Shown: piece by piece, positions 25,201 through 39,300 of the stretch
Layout of the letters: each line of letters starts with the position of its first letter
How positions within the stretch are numbered: position 1 is the stretch's first letter
Origin: the human T2T-CHM13v2.0 reference genome, Homo sapiens
DNA length: 64,000 bases
Strand: one strand, 5' to 3'
NCBI RefSeq assembly: GCF_009914755.1
Contig: NC_060927.1
Program-made: the position numbers and the translations under genes
Notes under the pieces: model-generated
Seen by the model: the letters and a program-made list of their open reading frames with translations, nothing else
The model's database searches: none
Told to the model about the DNA's origin: nothing

Positions 25201-28200
25201 AAAGAGTATTTCAACACTGCTCTATCGAAAGGAAGGTTCAATTCTGTGAGTTGAATGCACATATCACAAAGCAGTTTCTGAGAATTCTTCTGTCACATTT
25301 TAATTGAAGAAATCCCGTTTCCAATGAAGGCCCCCCAAAAATCCAAATATTCACTTGCAGATTATACAAAAACAGTGTTTCAAAACTGCTCTATCAAAAG
25401 AAAAGTTAAACTCTGTGAGTTGAACGCACACATGTCAAAGTAGTTTATGAGAATCATTCTCTCTAATTTTTCTATGAAGATATTGCCTTTTCTACCATTG
25501 GCCTCAAACGGCGCTAAATGAGCACTTGGAAATACTAGAAAAAGAGAGTTTCAAAACTGCTATATGGAATGGAAGGTTCAACTCTGTGAGTTGAAAGCAC
25601 ACATCACAAAGAAGTTTCTGAGAATTCTTCTGTGTAGTTTTATACGAAGAAAGCACGTTTCTAACAAAAGCCACAAAGAGGTCCAAATATACACTCGCAG
25701 ATTCTACAAAAAGAGCGTTTCAAAACTGCTCTATCAAGAGGAATGTTCAACTCTGTTTGTTGAATGTAAATATCACAAAGTAGTTTCTGACAATACTTCT
25801 GTCTGGATTTTATGTGAAGATAATTCCTTTTCTACCATAGGCATCAAAGTGCTCTAAATATACACTTGCAAATTCCACAAAAAGAGTCTTTCAAAACTGC
25901 TCTATCCAAAGAAAGGTTAAACTGTGTAACCCGAATGCAAACATCACAAAATAGTTTCGGAGAACGATTCTGTCTAATTTTTCTATGAAGATATTTCCTT
26001 TTCTACCACAGGCCTCTAACCGCACAAAATATACACTTGGAAATCTACAAAAAGAGTATTTCAAAACTGCTCTATCGAAAGACAGGTTGAACACTGTCAG
26101 TTAAATGCACACATCCCAAAGAAGTTTCTGAGAATTCTTCTGTAACGTTTTTAATGAAGAAATCCCGTTTAAAACGGAGGCCCAAAAAAGTCCAAATATT
26201 CAGTTGCAGATTCTACAAAAAGAGTGTTTCAAAACTACTCTATCAAAAGAAATGTTAAACACTGCGAGTTGAACACACACATGACAAAGTAGTTTCTGAG
26301 AATCATTCTGTCTTGTTTTTCTATGAAGATATTGCAGTTTCTACCATAGGACTCAAATGGTGCTAAATATCCACTTGGAAATTCTACAAAAAGAGAGTTT
26401 CAAAACTGTTCTATTGAAAGGAAGGTTCAACTCTGTGAATTAAAAGCACACATCCCAAAGAAGTTTCTGAGAACTCTTCTGTGCAGTTTTATATGAAGAA
26501 ATCACGTTTCTAAGGAAGGCCACAAATAGTTCCAAATATCCACCCACAGATTCTACAAAAAGAGTGTTTCAAAACTGCTCTATCAAGAGGAATGTTCAAC
26601 TCTGTGAGTTGAATGCAAATATCACAAAGTAGTTTGTGACAATGCTTCTTTCTAGTTTTTATGTGAAAATAATTCCTTTTCTACCGTAGGCCTCAAAGCG
26701 CTGTAAATATAAACTTGCAGATTCCAAAAAAAAAAGTGTTTCAAAACTGCTCTATGAAAAGAAAGGGTAATCTCTGTAAGCTGAATGCACACATCGCAAA
26801 ATGTTTCTGAGAATGATTCTGTCTAGTTTTTCTATGAAGATATATCCTTTTCTTCCACAGGCCTCAAACCGCTCTAAATACCCACTTGGAAATTTTACAA
26901 AAAGAGTATTTCAAAAGTGCTCTATCGAAAAGAAGGTTCAACTCTGTGAGTTGAAAGCACACATCACAAAAAAGTTTTTGAGAATTCTCCTGTCATGTTA
27001 TATATGAAGAAATCGCGTTTCCAACGAAGGCCCCCAAAACGTCCAAATATTCGTTGCGGATTCTACAAAAAGTGTTTTAAAACTGCTCATCAAAAGAAAG
27101 GTTAAAATGTGTGAGTTAAACTCACACATCGCAAAGTAGTTTCTGAGAATCATTCTGTCAAGTTTTTCTATGAAGATATTGCCTTTTCTAACATAGGCCT
27201 CAAACGGCACTAAATATCCACTTGGAAATACTACAAAAAGAGAGTTTCAAAACTGGGCTATCGAAAGGAAGGTTCAACTCTGTGAGTTGAAAGCACACAT
27301 CACAAAGAAGTTTCTGAAAATTCCTCTCTATTTTTATATGAAGAAATCACGTTTGAAACGAAGGCCACAAGGAGGTCCAAATATGCACTTGCAGATCCTA
27401 CAAAAAGATTGTTTCAAAACTGCTCTATCAAGAGGAATATTCAACTCGGTGAGTTGTATGCAAATATCACAAAGTAGTTTCTGACAATGCTTCTGTCTAC
27501 TTTTTATGTGAAGATACTTCCTTTTCTACAGTAGGCCTCAAAGCACTCTAAAGATTCACTTTCAAATTCCACAAAAAGAGTGTTTCAAAACTGCTCTATC
27601 AAAAGAAAGGTTAAACTCTGTAAGCCGAAGCACACATCACAAAGTAGTTTCAGAGAATGATTCTCTCTAGTTTTTCTATGAAGATATATCCTTTTCTACC
27701 ACAGGCCTCAAATCACTATAAATATCCACTTGGAAATTCTACAAAGAGTATTTCAAAACTGCTCTATCAAAATGAAGGTTCAACTCTGTGAGTTGAATGC
27801 ACACATCACAAAGAAGTTTCTGAGAATTCTTCTGTCAAGTTTAATATGAAGAAATCCTGTTTCCAATGAAGGCCTCAAATAAGTCCAAATACTCACTTGC
27901 AGAGTCCACAAAAAGAGTGTTTAAAACTGCTGTATCAAAAGAAAGGTTAAACAATGAAAGCTGAATTCAAACATCACAAAGTAGTTTCTGAGAATGATTC
28001 TGTCTAGTTTTTCAATGAAGATATTGCCTTTTGAACCACAGGACACAAAACGCTCTAAATATCAACTTGGAAATTCAACAAAAAGAGTATTTCAAAACTG
28101 CTCTATTGAAACGAAGGTTCAACCCTGTGAATTAAATGCACACATCACAAAGAAGTTTCTGAGAATTCTTCTGTCAAGTTTTATATGAAGATAAACCTTT

Positions 28201-31200
28201 TCCAACGATGGTCTCAAAGAAGTCCAAATATTCACTTGCAGATTCTACAAAAATAGTACTTCCAACGTGCTCTATCAAAAGAAAGGTTAAACTCTGTGAG
28301 TTGAACGCACACATCACAAAGTAGTTTCTGAGAATGATTCTGTCTAGTTTTTCTATGAAGTTATTCCCTTTTCTACCACAGGCCTCAAACCGCTCTAAAT
28401 ATCCACTTGGAAATTCTTCAAAAAGAGTATTTCAAAACTGCTCTTTCAAATTGGAGGTTCAACTCTGTGAGTTGAATGAACACACCACAATGTAATTTCT
28501 GAGAATCATTCTGTCTATTTTTTCTGTGAAGATATTGCCTTTTCTACCATAGGCCTCAAACGCCGGTAAATATCCACTTGGAAATTCTACACCAAGAGAG
28601 TTTCAAAACTGCTCCATCCAAAGGAAGTTTCAACTCTGTGAGTTGAAATCACACATCACAAAGAAGTTTCTGAGAATGCTTCTGTCTAGTTTTATATGAA
28701 GAAATCACGTTACAAACGAAGGCCACAAAGAGATCCAAATATCCACTTGCAGATTTTACGAAAAGTGTGTTTCAAAACTGCTCTATCTAGAGGAATGTTC
28801 AAATCGGTGAGTTGAATGCAAATATCACAAAGTAGTTTCTGACAATGCTTCTGTCTAGTTTCTCTGTGAAGATATTTCCTTTTCTACCGTAGGCCTCAAA
28901 TCTCTCTAAACATACACTTGCAAATTCCACAAAAAGCGTGTTTCAGAACTGCTCTATCAAAAGCAAGGTTAAACACCGTAATCTGAACGCACACATCACA
29001 AAGTAGTTTCTGAAAATTGTTCTGTCTAATTTTTCTAAGAAGATATTTCCTTTTCTACCACAGGCCTCAAACCACTCTGAATAACCACTTGGAAATTCTA
29101 CAAAAAGATCATTTCTAAACTGCTCTATCGAAATGAAGTTTCAAATCTGTGAGATGGATGAACGCATCACAAATATTTCTGAGAATTCTTCTGTAAAGTT
29201 TTATATGAAGAAATCACGTTTCCAACGAAGGCCTCAAAAAAAGCCCAAATATTCACTTGCAGATTCTCCAAAAATGTTTCAAACCTGCTCTATCAAAAGA
29301 AATGTTAAACTCTGTGATTTTAATGCACACACCGCAAAGCAGATTCTGAGAATCATTCTGTCTAGTTTTTCTATGAAGATATTACCTTTTCTACCTTAAG
29401 CCTCAAACGGCGCTAAATATCCACTTGGAAATACAACAAAAAGAGACTTTCAAAACTGCTCTATCGAAAGGAAGGTTCAACTTTGTGAGTTGAAAACACA
29501 CAACACAAAGCTGTTTCTGAGAATTCTTCTGTCTAGTTTTATATGAAGAAATCACTTTTCAAAGGAAGGCCACTGAGAGGTCCAAGTATCCACTTGCAGA
29601 TTCTACAAAAAGAGTGTTTCAAAACGGCTCTATCAAGAGGAATGTTCAACTCTGTGAGCTGAATGTAAATATCACAAAGTAGTTTCTGACAATGCTTCTC
29701 TCCCTTGTTTTTATGTGAAGATATTTCCTTTTCTACCGTAGGCCTCCAAGCGCTCTAAATATACACTTGCAAATTCCACAAAAAGAGTGTTTCAAAACTG
29801 CTCTATCAAAAGAAAGGTTAAACACTGTAAGCTGAAAGCACACATCACAAAGTAGTTTCTGAGAATGATTCTGCCTAGTTTTTCTATGAAGATATTTCCT
29901 TTTCTACAACAGGCCAAAAACCGCTCTGAATATCCACTTGGAAATTCTACAAAAAGATCATTTCAAAACTACTCTATCAAGATGAATGTTAAACTCTGTG
30001 ATCTGAATGCACACATCCCAAAGAAGTTTCTGAGAATTCTTCTGTAAATTTTTATATGAAGAAATACAGTTTCCCACGATGGCCTCAAAAAAGTCCAAAT
30101 ATTTACTAGCAGATTCTACAAAAAGAGCGTTTCAAAACTGCTCTATCAAAAGAAGGGTTAACCTCTTTGAGTTGAAGGCTCACACCGCAAAAAGTAGTTT
30201 CTGAGAATCATTCTGTCTGTTTTTTCTATGAAGATATTGCCTTTTCTACAATAGGCCTCAAACGGCGCTAAATATCACTTGGAAATTCTACAAAAAGAGA
30301 GCCTCAAAACTGCTCTATCGAAGGAAGGTTCAACTCTGTGAGTTGAAAGCACACATCACTAAGAAGTTTCTGAGAAATCTTCTATCTAGTTTTACATGAA
30401 GAAATAACGCTTCAAACGAAGGCCACAAAGAGGTCCAAATATCCACTTGCAGATTCTACAAAAAGAGTGTTTCAAAACTGCTCTATCAAGAGGAATGTTC
30501 AACTCTGTGAGTTGAATGCAAATATCACAGAGTGGTTTCTGACAATGCTTCTGTCTAGTTTTTATGTGACGATATTTCATTTTCTACAGTAGACCTCAAA
30601 GTGCTCTAAATATACACTTTCCCCAAAATAGTGTTTCAAAAGGTCTGTATCAAAAGAAAGGTTAAACTCTGAAAGCTGAATTCAAACATCACAAAGCAGT
30701 TTCTGAGAATGATTCTGTCTAGTTTTCCTTTTAAGATATTTCCTTTTTTACCACAGGCCTCGAACTGCTCTAAATACCAACTTGGAAATACAACAAAAAG
30801 GGTATTTCAAAACTGCTCTATCAAAAGGAAGATTCATCTCTGTGAGTTGGAGGCACACATCACAAAGAAGTTTCTGAGAATTCTTCTGTCAAATTTTATT
30901 TGAAGAAATACCTTTTCCAATGAAGGTCTCAAAAAAGTCCAAATATTCACTTGAATTTTCTGCAAAAAGAGTGTTACAAAACTGCTCTATCAAAAGAAAT
31001 ATTAAACTCTGTGAGTTGAACGCACATACCACAAAGGAGTTTCTGAGAATCATTCTGTCTAATTTTTCTGTGAAGTTGTTTCCTTTTCTACAAAAGGCCT
31101 CAAACGGCGCTAAATATCCACTTGGAAATTCTACAAAAAGAGAGTTTCAAAACTGCTCTATCGAAAGGAAGTTTCAACTCTGTTAGTTGAAAGCACATAT

Positions 31201-34200
31201 CACATAGAAGTTTCTGAGAATTCTTCTGTCTAGTTTTATATGAAGAAATCACGTTTCAAACGAAGGCCACAGAGGGATCCAAATATCCACTTGCAGATTC
31301 TACGAAAAGAGTGTTTCAAAACTGCTCTATCAAGAGGAATGTTCAACTCTGTGAGTTGAATGCAAATATCACAAAGTAGTTTCTGACAAAGCTTCTGTCT
31401 AGTTTTTATGTGAAGATATATCTTTTTCTGCCGTAGGCCTCAAAGAGCTCTAAATATACACTTGCAAATTCCACAAAAAGATTTTTTCAAAACTGCTCTA
31501 TCAAAAGAAAGGTTAAACTGTGTAACCCGAATGCACACATCACAAAGTAGTTTCAGAGAATGATGCTGTCTAGATTTTCTATGAAGATATTTCCTTTTCT
31601 ACCATAGGCCTCAAACCACTCTAAATATCCAATTGGAAATTCTACAAAAAGAGTATTTCAAAACTGCTCTATCGAAAAAAAGGTGCAACACTGTGTGTTG
31701 AATGCACAAATTCCAAAGAACTTTCGGAGAATTCTTCTCTCACGTTTTAAATGAAGAAACCTCCTTTCCAATGGAGACCCAAAAAAGTCCAAATATTCAA
31801 TTGCAGATTCTACAAAAAGAGTGTCTCCAAACTGCTCTATCAAAAGAAAAGTTATACTCTGTGAGTTGAACGCACACATGGCAAAGTAGTTTCTGAGAAT
31901 CATTCTATCTAGTTTTTCTATGAAGATATTGCCTTTTCTACCATAGGCCTCAAACGGCGCTAAATATCCACTTGGAAATACTACAAAAACAGAGTTTCAA
32001 AAGTGCTCTATCGAAAGAAAGGTTCAACTCTGTGAGTTGAAAGCACACATCAAAAAGAAGTTTCTTAGAATTCTTCTGTGAAGTTTTACATGAAGAAATC
32101 ACGTTTCTAACGAATGCCACAAAGAGGTCTAAATATCCACTCACAGATACTACAAAAATACCGTTCCAAAACTGCTCTATGAAAAGAAAGGTTAAACTCT
32201 GTGAGTTGAAAGCACTCTTCACAAAGTAGATTCTGAGAATCATTCTGTCTAGTCTTTCTATGAAGATATTTTCTGTTATACCATAGGCCTCAAACGACAC
32301 TAAATATCCAATTGGAAATTTTAGAAAAAGACAGTTTCAAAATTGCTCTATTGACAGGAAGCTTCAAATCTGTGAGATGAAAGCACACAATACGAAGAAG
32401 TTTCTGAGAATTCTTCCGTCTAGTTTCATTTGAATAAATCACGTTTCAAACGAAGGCCACAAAGAAGTCCAAATATCCACTTGCAGATTCTACAAAAAGG
32501 GTGTTTCAAAACTGCTCTATCAAGAGGAATTTTCAACTTTGAGAGTTGAATGTAAATATCACAAAGCAGTTTCTGACAATGTTTCTGTCTCGTTTTTATG
32601 TGAAGATATTTCCTTTTCTACTGTATACCTCAAAGTGCCCTAAATAAACAAAAATTCCACAGACAGTTTCAAAACTGCTCTATCCAAAGAAAGGTTAAAT
32701 TCTGTAATCTCAATGCACACATCAAAAAGCAGTTTCTCAGAATGATTCTGTCCGGTTTTTCTAAGAAGATATTTCCTTTTCTACCACAGGTCTAAATACC
32801 GCTAAAAATATCCACTTGGATATTCTGCAAAAAGAGTATTATTTAAAAACTTCTCAATAGAAAGGAAGGTTCAACTCTGTGAGTTGAATGCACACATCAC
32901 AAAGAAGTTTCTGAGAATTTTTCTGACAAGTTTTATATGAGGAAATGCAGTTTCAAACGAAGGCCTCAAAAAAGTCAAAAATATTCACTTGCAGATTCGA
33001 CAAAAAGAGTGTATCAAAACTGCTCTATCAACAGAAAGGTTAAACTCTGTGAGTTCAACGCACACATCACAAAGTAGTTTCTGAAAATCATTCGGTCTAG
33101 TATTTCTATTAAGATAATTCCTTTTATACCAAAGGCCTGAAATGGCGCTCAAAATCCACTTTGAAATTCTACAAAATGTGAGTTTCAAAATCGCTCTATC
33201 GAAAGGAAAGTACAACCCTGTGAGTTGAAAGCACACATCACAAAGTAGTTTCTGAGAATTATTCTGTCTAGTTTTATATGAAGACATCCCGTTTCAAAAG
33301 AAGGCCACAAAGACGTCCAAATAATCAATTGCAAGATTCTTGAAAAGGAGTCTTCCAAATCTGCTCTATCAAGAGGAATGCTCACCTCTGTGAGTGGAAT
33401 GCAAATATCACAAAGTAGTTTCTGACAATGCTTCTGTCTAGTTTTTATGTGAAGACATTTCCTTTTCTACCGTAGGCCTCAAAGCGCTCTAAATATACAT
33501 TTGCAAATTCCAAGAAAAGACTGCTTCAAAACTGCTCTATCAAAAGAAAGGTTAAACTTTGCAAGCTGAATGCACACATCACAAAGTTGTTTCGGAGAAA
33601 GATTCTGTCTAGTTTTTCTATGAAGATATTTCCTTTTCTACCATACTCCTCAAACGGCGCTAAATATACACTTGGAAATTCTATAAAATAAAGTTTCAAA
33701 ACTGCTCTATCGAAAGGAAGGTTCAACCCTTTGAGTTGAATGCACACATCACAAAGAAGTTTCTGGATATTCTTCTGTCAAGTTTTATGTAAAGAAATCC
33801 CGTTTACAAAGAAGGCCTCAAAAAAGTCCAAATATTCCCTTGCAGATTCTACAAAAAGAGTGTTTCAAAACTGCTCTCTCAATAGAGAGGTTAAACTATG
33901 GAGGTGAACGCACTCATCACAAAGTAGTTTCTGAGAATCATTCTGTCTGGTTTTTCTATGAAGATATTTCCTTTTCTACCACAGTCCTCAAACGGCACTA
34001 AATATCCACTTGGAAATTCTACAAAAAGAGAGCTTCAGTACTCCTCTCTCGAAAGGAAGGTTCAGCTCTGTGAGTTGAAAGCACACATCACAAAGAACTT
34101 TCTGAGAATCCTTCTGTCTAGCTTTATATGAACAAATCACGTTTCAAAAGAAGGCCACCAACAGGTCCAAATATCCAATTGCAGATTCTACAAAAAGAGG

Positions 34201-36345
34201 GTTTCAAAACTGCTCTATCAAGAGGAATGTTCAATTCCGTGAGTTGAATCAAATGTCACAATGTAGTTTCTGACAATGCTTCTGTCTAGATTTTATGTGA
34301 AGATAGTTCCTTTTCTTCCGTCGGCCTCAAAGAGCTCTAAATATACTCTAACAAATCCCACAAAATGAGTGTAGTGTATTAAAACTGCTCTATCAAAAGA
34401 ACGGTTAAACTCTGTAACCCGAATGCACACATCACAAAGTAGTTTCAGAGAATGATTCTGTCTAGTTTTTCTATGAAGATATTTCCTTTTCTACCACAGG
34501 CCTGAAACCGCTCTAATTATCCACTTGGGAATACTACAAAAAGAGTATTTCAAAACTGCTCTAACGAAAGAAGGGTGCAACTCTGTGAGTTGAATGCACT
34601 CATCCCAAAGAAGTGTCTGAGAATTCTTCTGTCACATTTTAATGAAGAAATCCCGTTTCCAACGGAGGCCCCAAAGAAGTCCAAATATTCAATTGCTGAT
34701 TCTACAAAAAGAGTGTTTCAAAACGGCCCTATCAAAAGAAAAATTAAACTGTGTGAGTTGAACGCACACATGACAATGTAGTTTCTGAGATACATTCTGT
34801 CTAGTTTTTCTATGAAGATATTTCCTTTTCTACCATAGGCCCCAAAAGGCGGTAAATATCCACTTGGAAATTCTACAAAAAGAGAATTTCAAAACTCCTC
34901 TATCGAAAGGAATGCTCAACTCTGTGGGTTGAAAGCATACATCAAAAAGAAGTTTCTGAGAATTGTTCTGTCTAGTTTTAGATGAAGAAATCAAGTTTCA
35001 AACGAAGACAACAAAAAGGTCCAAATATCCACTTGCAGATTCTACAAAAAGAGTGTTCCAAAACTGCTCTATCAAGAGGTATGTTCAACTCTGTGATTTG
35101 AATGCAAATGTCACAAAAGAGTTTCCGACAATGGTTCTGTCTGGTTTTTATATGAAGATATTTACTTTTCTACCGTAGGCCTGAAACCGCTCTAATTATA
35201 CACTTGAAAATTCCACAAAAAGAGTGCTTCAAAACTGCTCTGTCATCAGAGAGGTTACACTCTGTAAGCTGAATGCACACATCACAAATTAGTTTCTGAG
35301 AATGATTCTGTCTAGTTTTTATAAGAAGATATTTCGTTTTCTACCTTAGGCCTCAAACTGCTCTAAATATCCAAATGGAAATTCTACAAAAGAGTATTTC
35401 AAAACTGCTCTATCCAAAGGAAGTTTTAACTCTGTGAGTTGAATGTGCACATCACAAAGAAGTTTCTGAGGATTCTTCTGTCAAGTTTTCTATGAAGAAA
35501 TCCCGTTTCCAAAGAAGGCCTCCAAAAAGTCCAAATATTCACTTGCAGATTCTACAAAAAGACTGTTTCAAAAAAGCTCTATCAAAAGAAAGGTTAAACT
35601 CTGTGAGTCGTAAGCAAACATCACAAAGAAGTTTCTCAGAATCATTCTATCTAGTTTTTCTTAGAAGATATTTCCTTTTCTACCATAGGCCTCAAACGGT
35701 GATAAATATCCACTTGGAAATTCAACAAAAAGAGAGTTTCTAAGCTCCTCTATCGAAAGAAAGTTTCAACTCTGTGAGTTGAAAGCACACATCACAAAGA
35801 GGTTTCTGAGAACTCTTCTGTCTAGTTTTATGTGAAGAAATCACGTTTCAAACGAACGCCACAAGGAGGTCCAAATATCCAATTGCAGATTCTAAAAAAA
35901 GAGTGATTCAAATCTCCTCTATCATGAGGAATTTTCAACTCTGTGTGTTGAATGCAAATATCACAAAGTACTTTCTGACAATGCTTCTGTCTAGTTTTCA
36001 TGTGAAGATACTTCCTTTTCTACCATAGGCCTCAAAACACTAAAATATACACTTGCAAACTGAACAAAAAGGGTGTTTCAAACTGTGCTATCAAAAGGAA
36101 GGTTAAACACTGTAAGCTGAATGCACACATCACAAAGTAGCTTCTGAAAATGATTCTGTCTTGTTTTTCTATGAAGATATTTCTTTTTCTGCCATAGGCC
36201 TCAAACGACACTAAATATCCACTTTGAAGTTCTACAAAGAGTATTTCAAAACTGCTCTATGGAAAGCAAATTTCAACTCTCTGAGTTAAATGCACACCAC
36301 CCAAATAAGTTTCTTATAATTCTTCTGTCAAGTTTTATGAAGAAA

Positions 36346-36362
36346 TCCCGTTTCCAACGAAG
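36346..36362 (-). promoter_or_regulatory. CENP-B box (perfect 17-mer)
   Basis: tcccgtttccaacgaag on the + strand. Confidence 0.88.
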
Positions 36363-39300
36363 GCCTCAAAAAAGTGGAAATATTGACATGCAGATTCTAC
36401 AAAAAGAGTGTTTCAAAACTTCTCTATCAAATGAAAGCTTAAACTCAGTGAGTTGAAAGCACACATCACAATGTAGTTTCTGAGAATCATTCTGTCTAGT
36501 TTTTCCAAGAAGTTATTGCCTTTTCTACCATAGGCCTCAAACGGCGATAAATATCAACTTGAAAATTCTACAAGAAGAGAGTTTCAAAACACCTCTGTGG
36601 AAAGGAAGGTTCAACTCTGTGAGTTAAAACCACACATCACGAAGAAGCTTCTGAGAATTCTTCTGCCTAGTTTTATATGAAGAAATCACATTTCAAACGA
36701 ACGCCACAAAGAGGACCAAATAATCAATTGCAGATTCTACAAAAAGAGTATTTCAACCTGCTCTGTCAAGAGGAATGTTTAACTCTGTGAGTTGAATGCA
36801 AATATCACAAAGTAGTTTCTGACAATGCTTCTGTTTAGTTTTTATGTGAAGATATTTCCTTTTCTACGTAGCCTTCAAAGCGCTCTAAATATATACTTGC
36901 AAATTCCACAAAAGTAGGGTTTCAAAACTGCTCTATCAAAAGTAAGGTTAATCTCTGTCAGCTGAATGCAAACATCACAAAGTAGTTTCTGAGAATGATT
37001 CTGTATAGTTTTTCTATGATGTTATTTCCTTTTCTACCAGAGGCCTCAAACGGAGCTAAATATCCACTTGGAAATTATACAAAAACAGTATTTCAAAACT
37101 GCTCTTTCGAAAAGAAGTTTCAACTCCGTGAGTTGAATGCACACATCACAAAGAAGTTTCTGAGAATTCTTCTGTTCAATTTTATATGAAGAAAACCCGT
37201 TTCCAACGAAGGCTTCAAAAAAGTCCAAATATTCACTTGCAGATTCCACAAAAATTTGTTTCAAAACTGATCTATCAACAGAAACGTTAAACCCTTTGAG
37301 TTCAACGCACAACTCACAAAGTAGTTTCTGAGAATCATTCTATCTATCTAGTTTTTCTATGAAGATATTGCCTTTTCAACGATAGGCCTCAAACGGCGCT
37401 AAATATCCACTTGTAAGGTCTACAAAAAGTGAGTTTCAAAACTGCTCTATCAAAAGGAATGTTCAACACTGTGAGTTGAAAACACACATCACAAAGAAGT
37501 TTCTGAGAATTCCTCTGTCCTGTTTTATATGAAGACATCACATTTCAAAAGAACGCCACAAAGAGGTCCAAATATTCAATTGCAGATTCTACAAACAGAG
37601 TGTTTTAAAACTGCACCATCAAGAGGAATGTCCATCTCTGTGAGTTGAATGCCAATATCACAAAGTAGTTTCTGACAATGCCTCTGTCTGGTTTTTATGT
37701 GAAGATATTTCCTTTTCTATGGTAGACCACAAAGCGCTCTAACTATATACTTGGAAATTACACAAAAAGAGTGTTTCATAACTGCTCTATCAAAACAAAG
37801 GTTAAACTCTGAAAGCTGTATGCACACTTCACAAACTAGGTTCTGATAATGATTCTGTCTTGTTTTTCTACGAAGATATTTCCATTTCTACCATAGGCTT
37901 CAAACCGCAATAAATATCCACATGGAAATTCTACAAAAAGAGCATTTCAAAACTGCTCTATCGAAAGGAAGGTTCAACTCTGTGAGTTGAATGCACACAT
38001 CACAAAGAAGTTTCTGAGAATTCTTCTGTATAGTTTTATATGAAGAAATCACGTTTCCAAAGAAGGCCTCAAAAAAGTCCAAATATTCACTTGCAGATTC
38101 TACCAAAAGTGTGTTTCAAAACTGCTCTATCAAAAGAAACGTTAAACCCTGTGCGTTGAACGCATACATCACAAAGTAGTTTCTGAGAATCATTCTGTCT
38201 AGTTTTTCTATGAAGATATTGCCTTTTCTTCCATAGGTCTCAAACGGTGCTAAGTATCCACTTGGAAATTCTACTAAAGGACAGTTTCAAAACTGCTCTA
38301 TCGATAGAAAGATTCAACTCTGTGAGTTGAAAGCATATATCCCAAAAAATTTCTGAGAATTCTTCTGTCTAGTTTTATATGAAGAAATCACGTTTCAAAG
38401 GAAGGCCACAAAGAAGTCCAAATATCCACTTGCAGATTCTACAAAAAGAGAGTTTCAAAACTGCTCTGTCAAGAGGAAAGTTCAACTCTGTGAGTTGAAT
38501 GCAAACATCACAAAGTAGTTTCTGACAATTCTTCTGCCTAGTTTTTTACGTGAAGATATTTCCTTTTCTACAGTAGGCCTCAAAGCGCTCTAAATATACA
38601 CTTACAAATTCCACAAAAAGAGTGTTTCAGAACTGCTCTATCAAAAGAAAGCTTAAACAATGTTAGCTGAATGCACACATTGCAAAATAGTTTCTGAGAA
38701 TGATTCTGTCTAGTTTTTCTAAGAAGATATTTCCTTTTTTACCATAGGCCTCAAACCGCTCTAAATATCTACTTGGAAATACTTCAAAAAGAGTATTTCA
38801 AAACTGCTCTATCAAAAGGAAGGTTCAACTCTGTGAGTTCAATGCACAAGTCTCAAAGAAGTGTCTCTGAATTCTTCTGTCAAGTTTTATATGAAGAAAT
38901 GACATTTCCAAAGAAGGCTTCAAAAAGTCCCAATATTTACTTGAAGATCCTACAAAAATAGTGTTTCCAAAGTGATCTATCAAGACGAATGTTCAACACC
39001 ATTAGTTGAATGTAAATATCACATAGTAGTTTCTGACAATGCTTCTGTCTAGTTTTTAATTGAATATATTTCCTTTTCTACCGTAGTCCTCAAACCGCTA
39101 TAGATATGCACTTGCAAATACCATAAAAAAAGAGTGTTTCAAAACTGTTCTATCAAAAGAAAGTTTAAAGTCTGTAAGCTGAATGCACACATCACAAAGT
39201 CGTTTCTGAGAATGATTCTGTCTAGTTTTTTTTGAAGATAATTCCTTTTCTACTGTAGGCCTCAAACCACTCTAAATATCCACTTGGAAATACTACAAAA